The notes under the pieces: model-generated
Database searches by the model: none
What the model saw: the letters and a program-made list of their open reading frames with translations, nothing else
Told to the model about the DNA's origin: nothing
Shown here: in pieces, positions 18,590 through 27,436 of the stretch
Numbering within the stretch: the first letter of the stretch is position 1
How the letters are laid out: the number at the start of each line of letters is the position of its first letter
DNA from: an uncultured Kiritimatiellota bacterium
GTDB lineage: Bacteria > Verrucomicrobiota > Kiritimatiellia > RFP12 > DVOR01
Assembly (NCBI GenBank): GCA_944389945.1
Contig: CALXOF010000001.1
Span: 3,016-67,015 of the forward strand
Length of the DNA: 64,000 nucleotides
Direction: 5' to 3'
Program-made: the position numbers and the translations under genes

Positions 18590-18665
18590 CCGACAGAGAC
18601 GCAAGGGATGGGTACGGTAGAGAGGCCCGCTGGGCCGAACGGTGAAGTGCCCAGTCCCTTGCGTC
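18590..18665. repeat. Structured about 65-nt repeat (cgcaaggg...gggcac..ggccgaacggtgaagtgccc...cccttgcg), copy 1
   Basis: Same element at 19150-19215 and 54375-54442 in the opposite orientation. Terminal inverted repeat cgcaaggg/cccttgcg and internal hairpins. Confidence 0.6.
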
Positions 18666-18699
18666 CCTTCGTGTTTTCGTGGAGAAACAGGGTGGGGAA

Positions 18700-18728
18700 A
18701 ACAAAAAACCCGTGGCCGAAGCCACGGG
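18700..18728 (-). terminator. Terminator downstream of tRNA-Tyr
   Basis: cccgtggc-ttcg-gccacggg hairpin followed by a T-run on the minus strand. Confidence 0.6.
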
Positions 18729-18734
18729 CGAAAA

Positions 18735-18819
18735 ATGGTGGTGGGTCTACGATTCGAACGTAGGAAGGCAAAGCCAGCGGATTTACAGTCCGCCCCAGTT
18801 GGCCACTTTGGTAACCCAC
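18735..18819 (-). tRNA. tRNA-Tyr (anticodon GTA), type II with long variable arm, CCA encoded
   Basis: Reverse complement GGTGGGTtaCCAAAGTGGCCAACTGGGGcGGACTGTAAATCCgctggctttgccttCCTACGTTCGAATCGTAGACCCACCACCA folds as a cloverleaf. T-loop is TTCGAAT. Anticodon loop is CT-GTA-AA. Confidence 0.85.
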
Positions 18820-19356
18820 CGGAAAACGTCGCATATGATAGCACACCCCTATCTCCCAAAGCAAGCACTTTTTTGCGCCCGGCACAAAAAAGCCAGGGGT
18901 CGAGGGAGGACGGCTCTATTCGGTCTGAATGTGCGCACAAACGACCACGCTCGTTCCATCCCAGCCCCTGGCGGGCCAAGGCGCGGAACAATACGGCGTG
19001 CGCGGGGTGGGGTGGGTGGTTGCACGCCTAGGGGAACGTTCGCGTTCGCCTTGACATCCATAAAGTAACACAAGCCCTTCCATAAAGTCAAGGGGCGGCG
19101 TTTGCCGCCCCGGAGAACGGAACGCCCCATTTCCACGAAGACACAAAGGAGCGCAAGGGCTTGGGCACTTCACCGTTCGGCCCTGCGGGCCTCTCTCCCT
19201 ATCCCCATCCCTTGCGCTTCTGTGATTTCTTAGGAAATGCCAAGGCGCGAAACGGAGGGCGGCGGTCGCGGTCAGCGGCGGAGCCGCAGAGCGACCGATG
19301 GAGCCCGAAACGGTTCGCGCCCTCATCGCGTCTTTGCAGTTTCTCCGACGACGGTT

Positions 19357-19989
19357 TTACGAGGGGGCGGAGAGTGCTTCGTAGAGATCTGCGGCCCACG
19401 CGTGTTCGGGACGGGGATATTTGGCAACGAGGCGGCCCTCCACGGTGCGGAAGAGGGGGACCCAATCGGGCTCCTCCCCCGGGGCGACATCTGTCGAGTT
19501 GTCGTAGAAATAGGCACGGTCCACGAAAGTGGCGGCCTCTCCGGCATTGGCCATCGAGCGTGCGTAACGGGTGACAATCTTGTCGATGGGGACAGCGTGG
19601 CCGCCTTGCAAATACCGCGCGGCTACGCGTTTGGCGTTGATCGTGGGCGAATCGGTGCCCACGAAGAAGAGACGAATGAAAAAACCGGCTTGGTGGGCTC
19701 GGAAGAGGAAGTCTAGCTTCTCTTGCGTGGAGAAGACGGTTTCAAAGGCAAAGTCGCGTCCTTCGCGCAGACACGCCTCGCGTCGTTCTGTGGCCAGGCG
19801 TGCGGCAGTCAATATGGATGCTTGGTCGTTCCAACCATTCAACTCTCGTTCCGCGATGTCGTCGGGGTTGATATAGTCGCACCCCACCATCCATTTGTGG
19901 CGCAGGTCGTGCAATTGATGGGTAATGGAAGTCTTGCCGGAACCGTTCGGTCCGGCGACGACGACCAAGCGGGGGCGGAGGGCGCTCAT
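19357..19989 (-). CDS. Zeta-toxin-like / COG4185-type P-loop kinase (putative toxin)
   Basis: Walker A 'VVVAGPNGSGKTS'. About 210 aa. Stop/start overlap (ATGA) with the small upstream ORF. Confidence 0.65.
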   Translation of the reverse strand: MSALRPRLVVVAGPNGSGKTSITHQLHDLRHKWMVGCDYINPDDIAERELNGWNDQASILTAARLATERREACLREGRDFAFETVFSTQEKLDFLFRAHQAGFFIRLFFVGTDSPTINAKRVAARYLQGGHAVPIDKIVTRYARSMANAGEAATFVDRAYFYDNSTDVAPGEEPDWVPLFRTVEGRLVAKYPRPEHAWAADLYEALSAPS

Positions 19990-20165
19990 GAGCGGGCACG
20001 GCCTCTTGCTACGGCGGCGAAGATGCGGCGGCGGAGCTCCGCGTCAAACCGCGCCTGAGCCTCTTGGCCTTTGCGCAAGGTTTCGGCGCCGAAGGCCTTG
20101 ATGACGGCCTCCCATTGCGCCTGGGCCTCCGGGTCGCTTGTGATGGGCTCGCGATTCGCTTTCAT
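19986..20165 (-). CDS. Small protein (59 aa), putative antitoxin partner of zeta-like ATPase
   Basis: 'MKANREPITSDPEAQAQWEAVIKAFGAETLRKGQEAQARFDAELRRRIFAAVARGRARS'. Overlaps the downstream start by 4 nt. Confidence 0.4.
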   Translation of the reverse strand: MKANREPITSDPEAQAQWEAVIKAFGAETLRKGQEAQARFDAELRRRIFAAVARGRARS

Positions 20166-20713
20166 GACAATAGTGTAGCACATTGGAAGGTTGGAAGCTT
20201 GGAGGCTTGGAAGTTTGGCTTTGTTGGTGGGGCTCCGCCCCACACCCCAGCGGAGGAAGTTTGGAAGCTTGGCTTCTCCACGAAGACACGAAGGAGCGCA
20301 AGGGCCTGGGCACAAGGGGCGGCTTGCGCCGCCCCGGAGAACGGAAAACGGAGAACAGAGAACAGAGAGCGCGCGGCAAGCGCGCGATGGGCAAGGCGCT
20401 GTACAGGGCGGCGTCAGCCGCCGTCCTATTCCTCCTACCGCATCGTCTGAGGGCGGTTTTCTTGGGAAAGCGACAAGGCGCGAAGCGGAGGGCGACGGGC
20501 GCGGTCAGCGGCGGAGCCGCAGAGCGACCGATGGAGCCCGAAGCGGTTCGCGCCCCATAGCGTCTTTGCGGTTCGGCGGGGAGCTATTCCTCGGGAGGGG
20601 AGGGGGAATAAAACACGGGTATTAAAAATAAAACTTGCCCCCCCCTTGTGTTATGTTAGCATAATGGTGTTTTCGGACACCTCGCCCGAAGGAATTCAAG
20701 GATTGATGAAATC

Positions 20714-21358
20714 ATGAAACGACTGTTGTTTGCCTCGCTCGTCGCTGTCGCGGCGACCACCCTCCAGGCTGTAAATTACAACTGGACAGCTGTCAATACC
20801 AACAATGCCGCCACCGGCCAGGTGACGCTCGAGAACGGCCTTAGCCACACCAAGGGCTTCGCCGTCAGCCTCACCATCAACGTCACCCAAGTGCCGGCGT
20901 CCATCACCGGTGACTGGTGGCCGGCGATTCTCAGCTTGGGAACCTCTACGGAGAACCGGCCGAACATCACTGCCAACATGGCGGGGGATAACGTCATCCG
21001 CCTTGACACGAAGGCCGGCGACACGGGGAGCACCGCGACCACCATCACGACAGAGTCCTCATTGACCACTGGTAAGCACACGATTGTTCTGGCCTACGAT
21101 GGTACGAATATGACGCTGACTCTGGATGGGACCCAGATTGCCACGACCGCTTACACCCTGACCTACGACCCGAACCTCGTGGCTTGGGGCCAGCAGGCCG
21201 GATATCCGAATGACACGTACCTGAACGCCAACGACCAGTTCCAGTACACGATTGAGTCGTTGCAGGTCGGTCGGGTGGAGACCATCCCCGAGCCGACGGC
21301 GCTGGCGTTGCTCGCCCTTGGCGTGGCCGGCGTGGCCCTCCGCCGCCGCGTGGCTTAA
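20714..21358 (+). CDS. PEP-CTERM sorting-domain secreted protein (LamG-like)
   Basis: Signal peptide 'MKRLLFASLVAVAATTLQA'. C-terminus 'PEPTALALLALGVAGVALRRRVA'. C8 tract in the promoter at 20656-20663. Confidence 0.85.
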   Translation: MKRLLFASLVAVAATTLQAVNYNWTAVNTNNAATGQVTLENGLSHTKGFAVSLTINVTQVPASITGDWWPAILSLGTSTENRPNITANMAGDNVIRLDTKAGDTGSTATTITTESSLTTGKHTIVLAYDGTNMTLTLDGTQIATTAYTLTYDPNLVAWGQQAGYPNDTYLNANDQFQYTIESLQVGRVETIPEPTALALLALGVAGVALRRRVA

Positions 21359-21380
21359 GCGGACTTCGGTCCTTTGCAAG

Positions 21381-21407
21381 GCGCCCCACCCGGGGCGCCT
21401 TTCTTTG
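21381..21407 (+). terminator. Rho-independent terminator after PEP-CTERM gene
   Basis: gcgcccc-accc-ggggcgc hairpin followed by TTTCTTTG. Confidence 0.55.
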
Positions 21408-21687
21408 TGCACGATGCCAGGACTCATAGGCTCCACAGGAGATTCAGGAGGTTCAGGAGATACAGGAGCGCGCACAAGTGCGCGACGGTGGAGGCACTGT
21501 ACAAGGCGGCGTAAGCCGCGAAAAGCCAAGCCTCCAAACCTCTAAACTTCCAAGCTTCCTTGGTGCGTCCTGCGTGCGGTAGCACGCCCTTAATCTGCCC
21601 AAAATCTGCGAAATCCGCGGTTTCCCCTCTGGCCGCCCTTTGCTCCGTTCTCCGGGGCGGCAAGGCCACCCTAGGGGGTGGTTTCTG

Positions 21688-21795
21688 GACCCTTAAGGGT
21701 TTCGGGTCGGACCACTATAGGGTCTCGACCCCGACCACTATAGTGGTTGACCTCGGACCACTATAGGGTCTCAGGGCGAACCCTTAAGGGTCTCT
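21688..21795. repeat. MITE-like palindrome array (copy 2, inverted relative to copy 1)
   Basis: gacccttaagggtttc ... gaccactatagggtc ... gaccactatagtggtt ... gaccactatagggtc ... aacccttaagggtc. Confidence 0.8.
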
Positions 21796-21862
21796 CAGAG
21801 AGGGGGTGAGGACAACAAAAAAGGGAGGCTGAGGGCCTCCCTTTGGGTGAGTTGGCGCGGGG

Positions 21863-22000
21863 TTATTCCGCGGGGGCGAAGTCGGACTTGCCGACGCCGC
21901 AGGTGGGGCAGACCCAGTCATCGGGGAGCTGCTCGAAGGGGATGTTGTCGTTCTCGGCGGGGTCGTAGACGTAGCCGCAGACTTGGCAAACGTATTTCAT
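21863..22000 (-). CDS. Rubredoxin
   Basis: 45 aa '[45 protein letters not shown]' with two CxxCG motifs. Not present in the ORF track because it is under 60 aa. Confidence 0.85.
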   Translation of the reverse strand: MKYVCQVCGYVYDPAENDNIPFEQLPDDWVCPTCGVGKSDFAPAE

Positions 22001-22371
22001 GATGGGTTCCTTTCGGGTTGTGACTGGGAGAATGATAGCATAATTCAGGGCCCTTTGTCCTGCCCTGAGTTTTACCGCGAAGACGATTTGCGTGGAAACC
22101 CTGCGGGCTCCATCGCTCCCGTTGGTCGCGCCGCCCTTGGGATTTCCACGCTATCGCGCCCTTGAAGGGCGATCAAAAGGGGAATTGGGAAGTTTAGAGG
22201 CTTGGAGGCTTAGAAGTTTGGTTTTGTTGGTGGGGCTCCGCCCCACACCCTGACTTCTTATCTCAAGGCGCGAAACGGAGGGCGGCGGTCGCGGTCAGCG
22301 GCGAAGCCGCAGAGCGACCGATGGAACCCGAAGCGGTTCGCGCCCACCCTCGCGTCTTTGCGGTTAAAACT

Positions 22372-23442
22372 TTACAGCCTGTCGCCGGAGAGAGGGTCGA
22401 AGAGGCAGGCGTGGGTGTAGTCGGGCAGGAGGAAGCGGCGGTCGCCGTGGCGGAGGGGGGCTTCGGCGGGGATGCGGGCAATGACGGGGGGGCAGCCGGC
22501 GGGGGTGAGGTGGGCGTAGGCCTCGGCACCCATGCGCTCAACGAGGTCGACGGTCGCGGGGAGGGCGCCCGGGGCGGGGGCGTCTTGGAGGGTGAGGGCC
22601 TCGGGGCGGATGCCGAAGAGGACGTCGCGCGGGGCGTCGGGCAGGGGCCAGCCGGGGGGCGGGAGGAGGTCGCCGGCGGGGGTGCGGAGGCGGCCGACTT
22701 CGGCGCGGGCGGGGAGGATGTTCATCGGCGGGGTGCCGATGAAGCCGGCGGAGAAGCGGTTGCGGGGGTGGTTGTAGAGGGTGATGGGGTCGTCGATCTG
22801 GCGGATGCGGCCGGCCTCCATGACGACGATGCGGTCGCCGAGGGTCATGGCCTCGGTTTGGTCGTGGGTGACGTAGAGGATGGTGGCGCCGAGGCGGAGG
22901 TGGATGCGGTGGATCTCTTGGCGCATCTCCACGCGCATCTTGGCGTCGAGGTTGGAGAGGGGTTCGTCGAAGAGGAAGACTTTGGGCTGACGGACGATGG
23001 CGCGGCCGAGGGCGACGCGTTGGCGTTGGCCGCCGGAGAGCTGTTTGGGCAGACGGTCGAGGAGCGCGGTCAGGCCGAGGGTTTCGGCGGCGGCGGCGAT
23101 GCGCGTGGCGATCTCGGCCTTGGGGGTGTGGCGGAGGCGCAGGCCAAAGGCCATGTTCTCGCGGACGGTCATGTGGGGGTAGAGCGCGTAGTTCTGAAAG
23201 ACCATCGCGATGTCGCGGTCTTTGGGAGGGAGGTCGTTGACGATGCGCCCATCGATGGCGACGGTGCCGGCGGTGATGGTCTCCAGTCCCGCGACCATCC
23301 GCAACGTGGTGCTCTTGCCGCAGCCCGAGGGCCCCACGAGCACCAGAAATTCCCCGTCACGCACGGCGAGGTCAAAGTCCTCCACGGCCACGGCCCCATT
23401 GGGGTAGACCTTGCGCAGATGTTGGAGTGTGACTGCCGACAT
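22372..23442 (-). CDS. ABC transporter ATP-binding protein, MalK/UgpC-type (sugar import)
   Basis: Walker A 'GPSGCGKST', signature 'LSGGQRQRVALGRA', Walker B 'FLFDEPLSNLD', and a C-terminal MalK-like regulatory domain. Confidence 0.9.
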   Translation of the reverse strand: MSAVTLQHLRKVYPNGAVAVEDFDLAVRDGEFLVLVGPSGCGKSTTLRMVAGLETITAGTVAIDGRIVNDLPPKDRDIAMVFQNYALYPHMTVRENMAFGLRLRHTPKAEIATRIAAAAETLGLTALLDRLPKQLSGGQRQRVALGRAIVRQPKVFLFDEPLSNLDAKMRVEMRQEIHRIHLRLGATILYVTHDQTEAMTLGDRIVVMEAGRIRQIDDPITLYNHPRNRFSAGFIGTPPMNILPARAEVGRLRTPAGDLLPPPGWPLPDAPRDVLFGIRPEALTLQDAPAPGALPATVDLVERMGAEAYAHLTPAGCPPVIARIPAEAPLRHGDRRFLLPDYTHACLFDPLSGDRL

Positions 23443-23699
23443 AACCGTGGGAGCGGGGGTGTTGAGTGGGGAGAACGGAAAACGGAGAACGGAGAACGGA
23501 GAACAGAGAACGGAGCGTGCAGGCGCGAAGCGCCAAACCTTCCACGGCTACAGAACGCTCCTGCGGGGCGACGGTCAGGCCGTGTGCATTACTGTTTGCA
23601 GCCTTTGCTTTGCCATGCTGACCGAGGAATAATTTGGCGCCCGCTTGCCGGACGCATCTGTTCTCCGTTCTCTGTTCTCTGGGGCGGCAACGCCGCCCC

Positions 23700-24290
23700 T
23701 TACGAACCGGGATGGACGAAGGGTTCGCCGGCCTTGCAGAGGGGGCACTCGGCGGGTTCCCAGGTTACGGGCTCGATGTGCAGGAGCGCGAAGGTGGGAT
23801 AGGGGAACTTGGCCTTGCCGCCGGAACGGTCGACTAGCACGAGGACGGCGGCGACTTCGGCGCCGGCGGCCTTGACGATGTCGATGGTCTCCTGGACGCG
23901 GCCGCCGCGGGTGATGACGTCTTCGGCGACGACGTAGCGCTGGCCGGGGAGGAGCTTGAAGCGGCGCATGGTGAGCGCGCCCTCGGCGTTCTTCTCGGCG
24001 AAGACGCACTGCGTGCCGAGGGCCTTGGCGACCTCGTGGCCGACCAGGATGCCGCCCAGCGCGGGGGAGATGACGCCGTCAACGGGGCCGATGTCGGCCT
24101 CGGCCTTCATGCGGCGCACGAGCTCGGAGCAGAGCGTCTGGGCGTGGTGCGGCCAACGCAGGACCTCGGCGCACTGGAAGTAACGGTTGGAGTGGAGTTT
24201 GGAGCGGAGCTCGAAGTGGCCCTCCAGCAGGGCCTTCGTCTCCTTGAAGATTGCGAGCACTTCGTCGTCGGTCATGGGAATCCCTTTCAT
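23700..24290 (-). CDS. pyrE: Orotate phosphoribosyltransferase (short type)
   Basis: PRTase motif 'VVAEDVITRGGRVQETIDIV'. About 190 aa. The true start may be Met6, at 24275. Confidence 0.7.
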   Translation of the reverse strand: MKGIPMTDDEVLAIFKETKALLEGHFELRSKLHSNRYFQCAEVLRWPHHAQTLCSELVRRMKAEADIGPVDGVISPALGGILVGHEVAKALGTQCVFAEKNAEGALTMRRFKLLPGQRYVVAEDVITRGGRVQETIDIVKAAGAEVAAVLVLVDRSGGKAKFPYPTFALLHIEPVTWEPAECPLCKAGEPFVHPGS

Positions 24291-24648
24291 TGACTGGGCC
24301 TAGTATACCATATTTGGGGCGGCGAGGCCGCCCCGGAGAACGGAAAACGGAACGCGCGGCAAGCGCGCGACGGACGAGGGTGCTGTGCAAGCGGCGTTAG
24401 CCGCCGCCCTAGTCGTCCTATTGGTCCTATACGTCCTACCACATCGCCAGAGACTGCGAGTAGGGGAACCGCAGATTTCGCAGATTAGAGCAGATTTTTG
24501 GGTCGGCTACCGCCGACAGGACTGCCAGAATGGGGAAACGCAATCTTTGCGGTCTCGGTCTCATCGCCGCCAAGGGCGGCGGGCCGGGCCTCAACCTCTG
24601 GGGCTCCTCCAAGCTTCCAAGCCTCTAAACTTCCAAACTTCCACTCTC

Positions 24649-24824
24649 ATTGAAAACTTTTGCCCTTTTTACCGCTACTTTTCAATGAAAGGGTCCTTTT
24701 GGGCAGGTAAGAACCTTGTTTCACCCTCTCCAAGCCCCTTAAAACGAGCCTTCCCCCACTAAAGTGGGGGAAGGCTCGCTCTTTCATTGAAAACTTTTGC
24801 CCTTTTTACCGCTACTTTTCAATG
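24649..24824. repeat. Low-GC pair of 40-bp direct repeats, each itself palindromic (cattgaaaa...ttttcaatg), flanking a perfect hairpin
   Basis: DR1 at 24649-24687 and DR2 at 24785-24824. Hairpin gagccttccccca-ctaaag-tgggggaaggctc at 24746-24777. Confidence 0.7.
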
Positions 24825-24890
24825 GAGGCGGGAAAAGGGCCTCTTTTTTTGGTACACTTCCTCTTGTCAGACCTAGCAGGGAGGATGTGT

Positions 24891-26183
24891 ATGGCCATCC
24901 AGCGCGACTTTTATCTTCGACAGCTCATTGACCGTCAATGGAATGGGCAAGTCAAAATCATCACCGGTATCCGGCGGTGCGGCAAATCGTTTCTGCTGAA
25001 TGTCCTCTTCCGGGATTATTTGGTCAAGAACGGTACGCCGGAGAATTGCATCCTCTCCATCGAGCTGGATCAACTCAAGAACCTGCGGTATCGCAATCCG
25101 CTGGAGTTGGCGGCCTATGCGCGGGGATGGGCGGAGGCGAACCCGGAGGCGCGCCATTTCCTCTTTGTGGATGAGATTCAGCTTTCCGAACGCGTGCCCA
25201 ATCCTGCGCTGCCCAGCGGAGCGTCCATCACCTTTTATGACGCGCTCAATGATCTGCGCTCGCTTCCCAACCTAGACGTGTACGTCACCGGCAGCAACTC
25301 CAAGTTGCTTTCCAACGACATCGCGACCGAGTTCCGTGGGCGCGGAGACCCCATTCGCCTGCATCCTCTTTCCTTCGCTGAATATTATGCGGCTATTGGC
25401 GGGGGAGATAAGCAAGTGGCCCTACACGATTACCTCACCTATGGCGGGATGCCTAAGCGGTTGGAGTTTAAGGACGACGAGGAGCGGGTGGCGTATCTCT
25501 CCAACCTCATTACCGAGATTTACCTGCGCGACATCGTGGAGCGCAACAGATTGGCGCACCCCGAGCTGCTCGAGCGTATCCTCCACCTGCTTTGCTCCAC
25601 CATCGGCTCCCTCACAAACCCCAAGCGCATCGCCGATACGCTCACTTCCGTCTCTGGCAAGGGGGGGCACCATTCGCCAACCACCGTCCAATCCTATCTC
25701 ACCGCGCTGGAGAACGCCTTTTGTTTCAGCAAGAGCCTGCGTTATGACATCAAAGGAAACACCTACCTCGCCTATCCGGCCAAATACTATTGCGAGGACC
25801 TCGGCCTGCGCAACGCAGCGCTAGGGTTCCGGCAACTCGAGGAACCCCACCTGATGGAGAACGCGGTCTACAACGAGCTTCGTCGGCAGGGATTCTCCGT
25901 GGATGTCGGCGTGGTGGAGGAGCGGCGTGACGGGAAGCGCGTCTCGCGGGAGATCGACTTCGTAGCCAATCTCGGCAACCGTCGGCTCTACGTCCAGTCC
26001 GCCTACGCCATGCCCACGGAGGAGAAGCGCTTTGCGGAGAACCGCCCCTTGGAGCTTGTCCGCGACGACTTCCCGAAGATTGTCGTCCGTAACGACTTTG
26101 TCGGTGTGCGGAACGACGAGCGTGGCATCCGCAATGTGGCTCTGACAGACTTCCTGCTTGACGCCGGGGCCTTCCTCGCGTAA
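24891..26183 (+). CDS. AAA+ ATPase, COG1373/DUF4143 family
   Basis: Start chosen at 'MAIQRDFYLRQ...'. Walker A 'GIRRCGKS', Walker B 'FLFVDEIQ'. GC is below the genome average. Confidence 0.75.
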   Translation: MAIQRDFYLRQLIDRQWNGQVKIITGIRRCGKSFLLNVLFRDYLVKNGTPENCILSIELDQLKNLRYRNPLELAAYARGWAEANPEARHFLFVDEIQLSERVPNPALPSGASITFYDALNDLRSLPNLDVYVTGSNSKLLSNDIATEFRGRGDPIRLHPLSFAEYYAAIGGGDKQVALHDYLTYGGMPKRLEFKDDEERVAYLSNLITEIYLRDIVERNRLAHPELLERILHLLCSTIGSLTNPKRIADTLTSVSGKGGHHSPTTVQSYLTALENAFCFSKSLRYDIKGNTYLAYPAKYYCEDLGLRNAALGFRQLEEPHLMENAVYNELRRQGFSVDVGVVEERRDGKRVSREIDFVANLGNRRLYVQSAYAMPTEEKRFAENRPLELVRDDFPKIVVRNDFVGVRNDERGIRNVALTDFLLDAGAFLA

Positions 26184-26204
26184 TCCCGCCGCAGCATGGC
26201 CCGC

Positions 26205-27221
26205 TCAGGGGCGTTGCGACACGAAGCGGAGGAGGGTGTCGGGGCCGAGGGGGAGGCGGTCGAGAGGGGTGAGGGTGAGGGCGCGGGAGAGGGGGCGGGG
26301 GGCGATGGCGAGGCCGCGGACGGCGGCGGGGTCGCCGAGGATCTTGGGGGCGTAAATCACGAGGAGTTCGTCGACGAGGCCGGCATCGAGGAGGGCGCCG
26401 GCGAGGGTGCCGCCGCCTTCGCAGAGGACGTCGTTGACGCCTTTGGCGCAGAGGGCGCGGAGCAGGGCGGCGAGGTCGTGGCCGGTGTAGCCTAGGTCGC
26501 GGGTGGCGAGGAGGGTGCGGTCATCGAGGTCGCGGGGCTCGATGGAGGTGTGGCGGTCGACGAGGACGCGCCATTTGCGGGGGGCATCGGGGAGGTGGGG
26601 CTGGAGGGAGGGGTGGTCGTCGCGGACGGTGCCGGCGCCGACCATGACGGCGTCGACGCGGGCGCGGAGGCGTTGCACCCAGTCGCGGGCCTCGGGGCCG
26701 GTGATCCAGCGGGCGGCGCGTGTGCCGTCGGCGATATAGCCGTCGAGGGTCAGGGCGAGTTTGAGGCGGAGGTAGGGCAGGCCGGTGACGATGGCCTTGG
26801 CGAAGGGGGCGATGAGGGCGCGGCAACGGTCGGCGATGGGGCCTTCGGCGACGTCCACGGCGATGCCGGCTTCGCGCAGGAGGTCGACGGCGCGGCCGGC
26901 GTGGCGTGGGTTGGGGTCGAGGCACCCGATGACGACGCGGCCGAGGCGTTTGGCGCGGATGAGGTCGCAGCAGGGTGGGGTGCGGCCGGTGGTGGAGCAG
27001 GGCTCGAGGGTGACGTAGAGGGTGGCGCCGGCGGGGTCTTCCGTGCAACTGTTGAGGCAGTTGACCTCGGCGTGGGGGCCGCCGGCGCGGAGGTGCGCGC
27101 CTTCGCCCAGGAGACGTCCATCGCGTACGCAGACGGCGCCGACGGCGGGGTTGGGCGCGGTGCGTCCGACCTGCGCATCGGCCAAATCGGCGGCGCGCGC
27201 CAACCAGTCCGCGTCAGTCAT
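26205..27221 (-). CDS. ribD: Bifunctional riboflavin biosynthesis protein RibD (deaminase/reductase)
   Basis: CMP/dCMP deaminase zinc motifs 'HAEVNCL' and 'PCSTTGRTPPCCD'. C-terminal reductase domain. Confidence 0.9.
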   Translation of the reverse strand: MTDADWLARAADLADAQVGRTAPNPAVGAVCVRDGRLLGEGAHLRAGGPHAEVNCLNSCTEDPAGATLYVTLEPCSTTGRTPPCCDLIRAKRLGRVVIGCLDPNPRHAGRAVDLLREAGIAVDVAEGPIADRCRALIAPFAKAIVTGLPYLRLKLALTLDGYIADGTRAARWITGPEARDWVQRLRARVDAVMVGAGTVRDDHPSLQPHLPDAPRKWRVLVDRHTSIEPRDLDDRTLLATRDLGYTGHDLAALLRALCAKGVNDVLCEGGGTLAGALLDAGLVDELLVIYAPKILGDPAAVRGLAIAPRPLSRALTLTPLDRLPLGPDTLLRFVSQRP

Positions 27222-27375
27222 ACTGATCGATGAGCGAGGAGGGGAGGGCCCCGGTGGCCTCGGAGCGGGAGGGTTGGTTCCAGGGGATGTCCGAACGCCG
27301 CGCGGCGATGTCTTGGTTCACGCAACCGCAAACCGCCAACGCCGCGAGTCCGAGCAAAAGAAGTGTCGCTTTCAT
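27214..27375 (-). CDS. Small lipoprotein (53 aa), overlaps ribD start
   Basis: 'MKATLLLLGLAALAVCGCVNQ...' lipobox. Its stop overlaps the ribD ATG (ATGACTGA). Not in the ORF track. Confidence 0.35.
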   Translation of the reverse strand: MKATLLLLGLAALAVCGCVNQDIAARRSDIPWNQPSRSEATGALPSSLIDQYD

Positions 27376-27436
27376 GGCCTTATTATAGCATAGTGGGGCG
27401 CGTCAGCGCCTACTCACGGGGCGCGTCAGCGCCTAC

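Noticed and set aside
18172-19326. ORFs inside repeat blocks (18172..18885, 18386..18991, 18916..19326, 50363..50842, 50682..51134, 52217..52768, 37087..37635, 39241..39726, 32629..33165 etc.)
   Set aside because: These are composed of the mosaic repeat modules and some overlap the tRNA. Their translations (e.g. 'ENGKRRTENGEQRTE', 'LEAWKFG') derive from microsatellite units. No ribosome-binding-site or start context.
27214-27375. Doubt about the small lipoprotein ORF overlapping ribD
   Set aside because: Not rejected, but low confidence. It is only 53 aa, has no clear Shine-Dalgarno, and may be a chance ORF despite a textbook lipobox. Retained at confidence 0.35.
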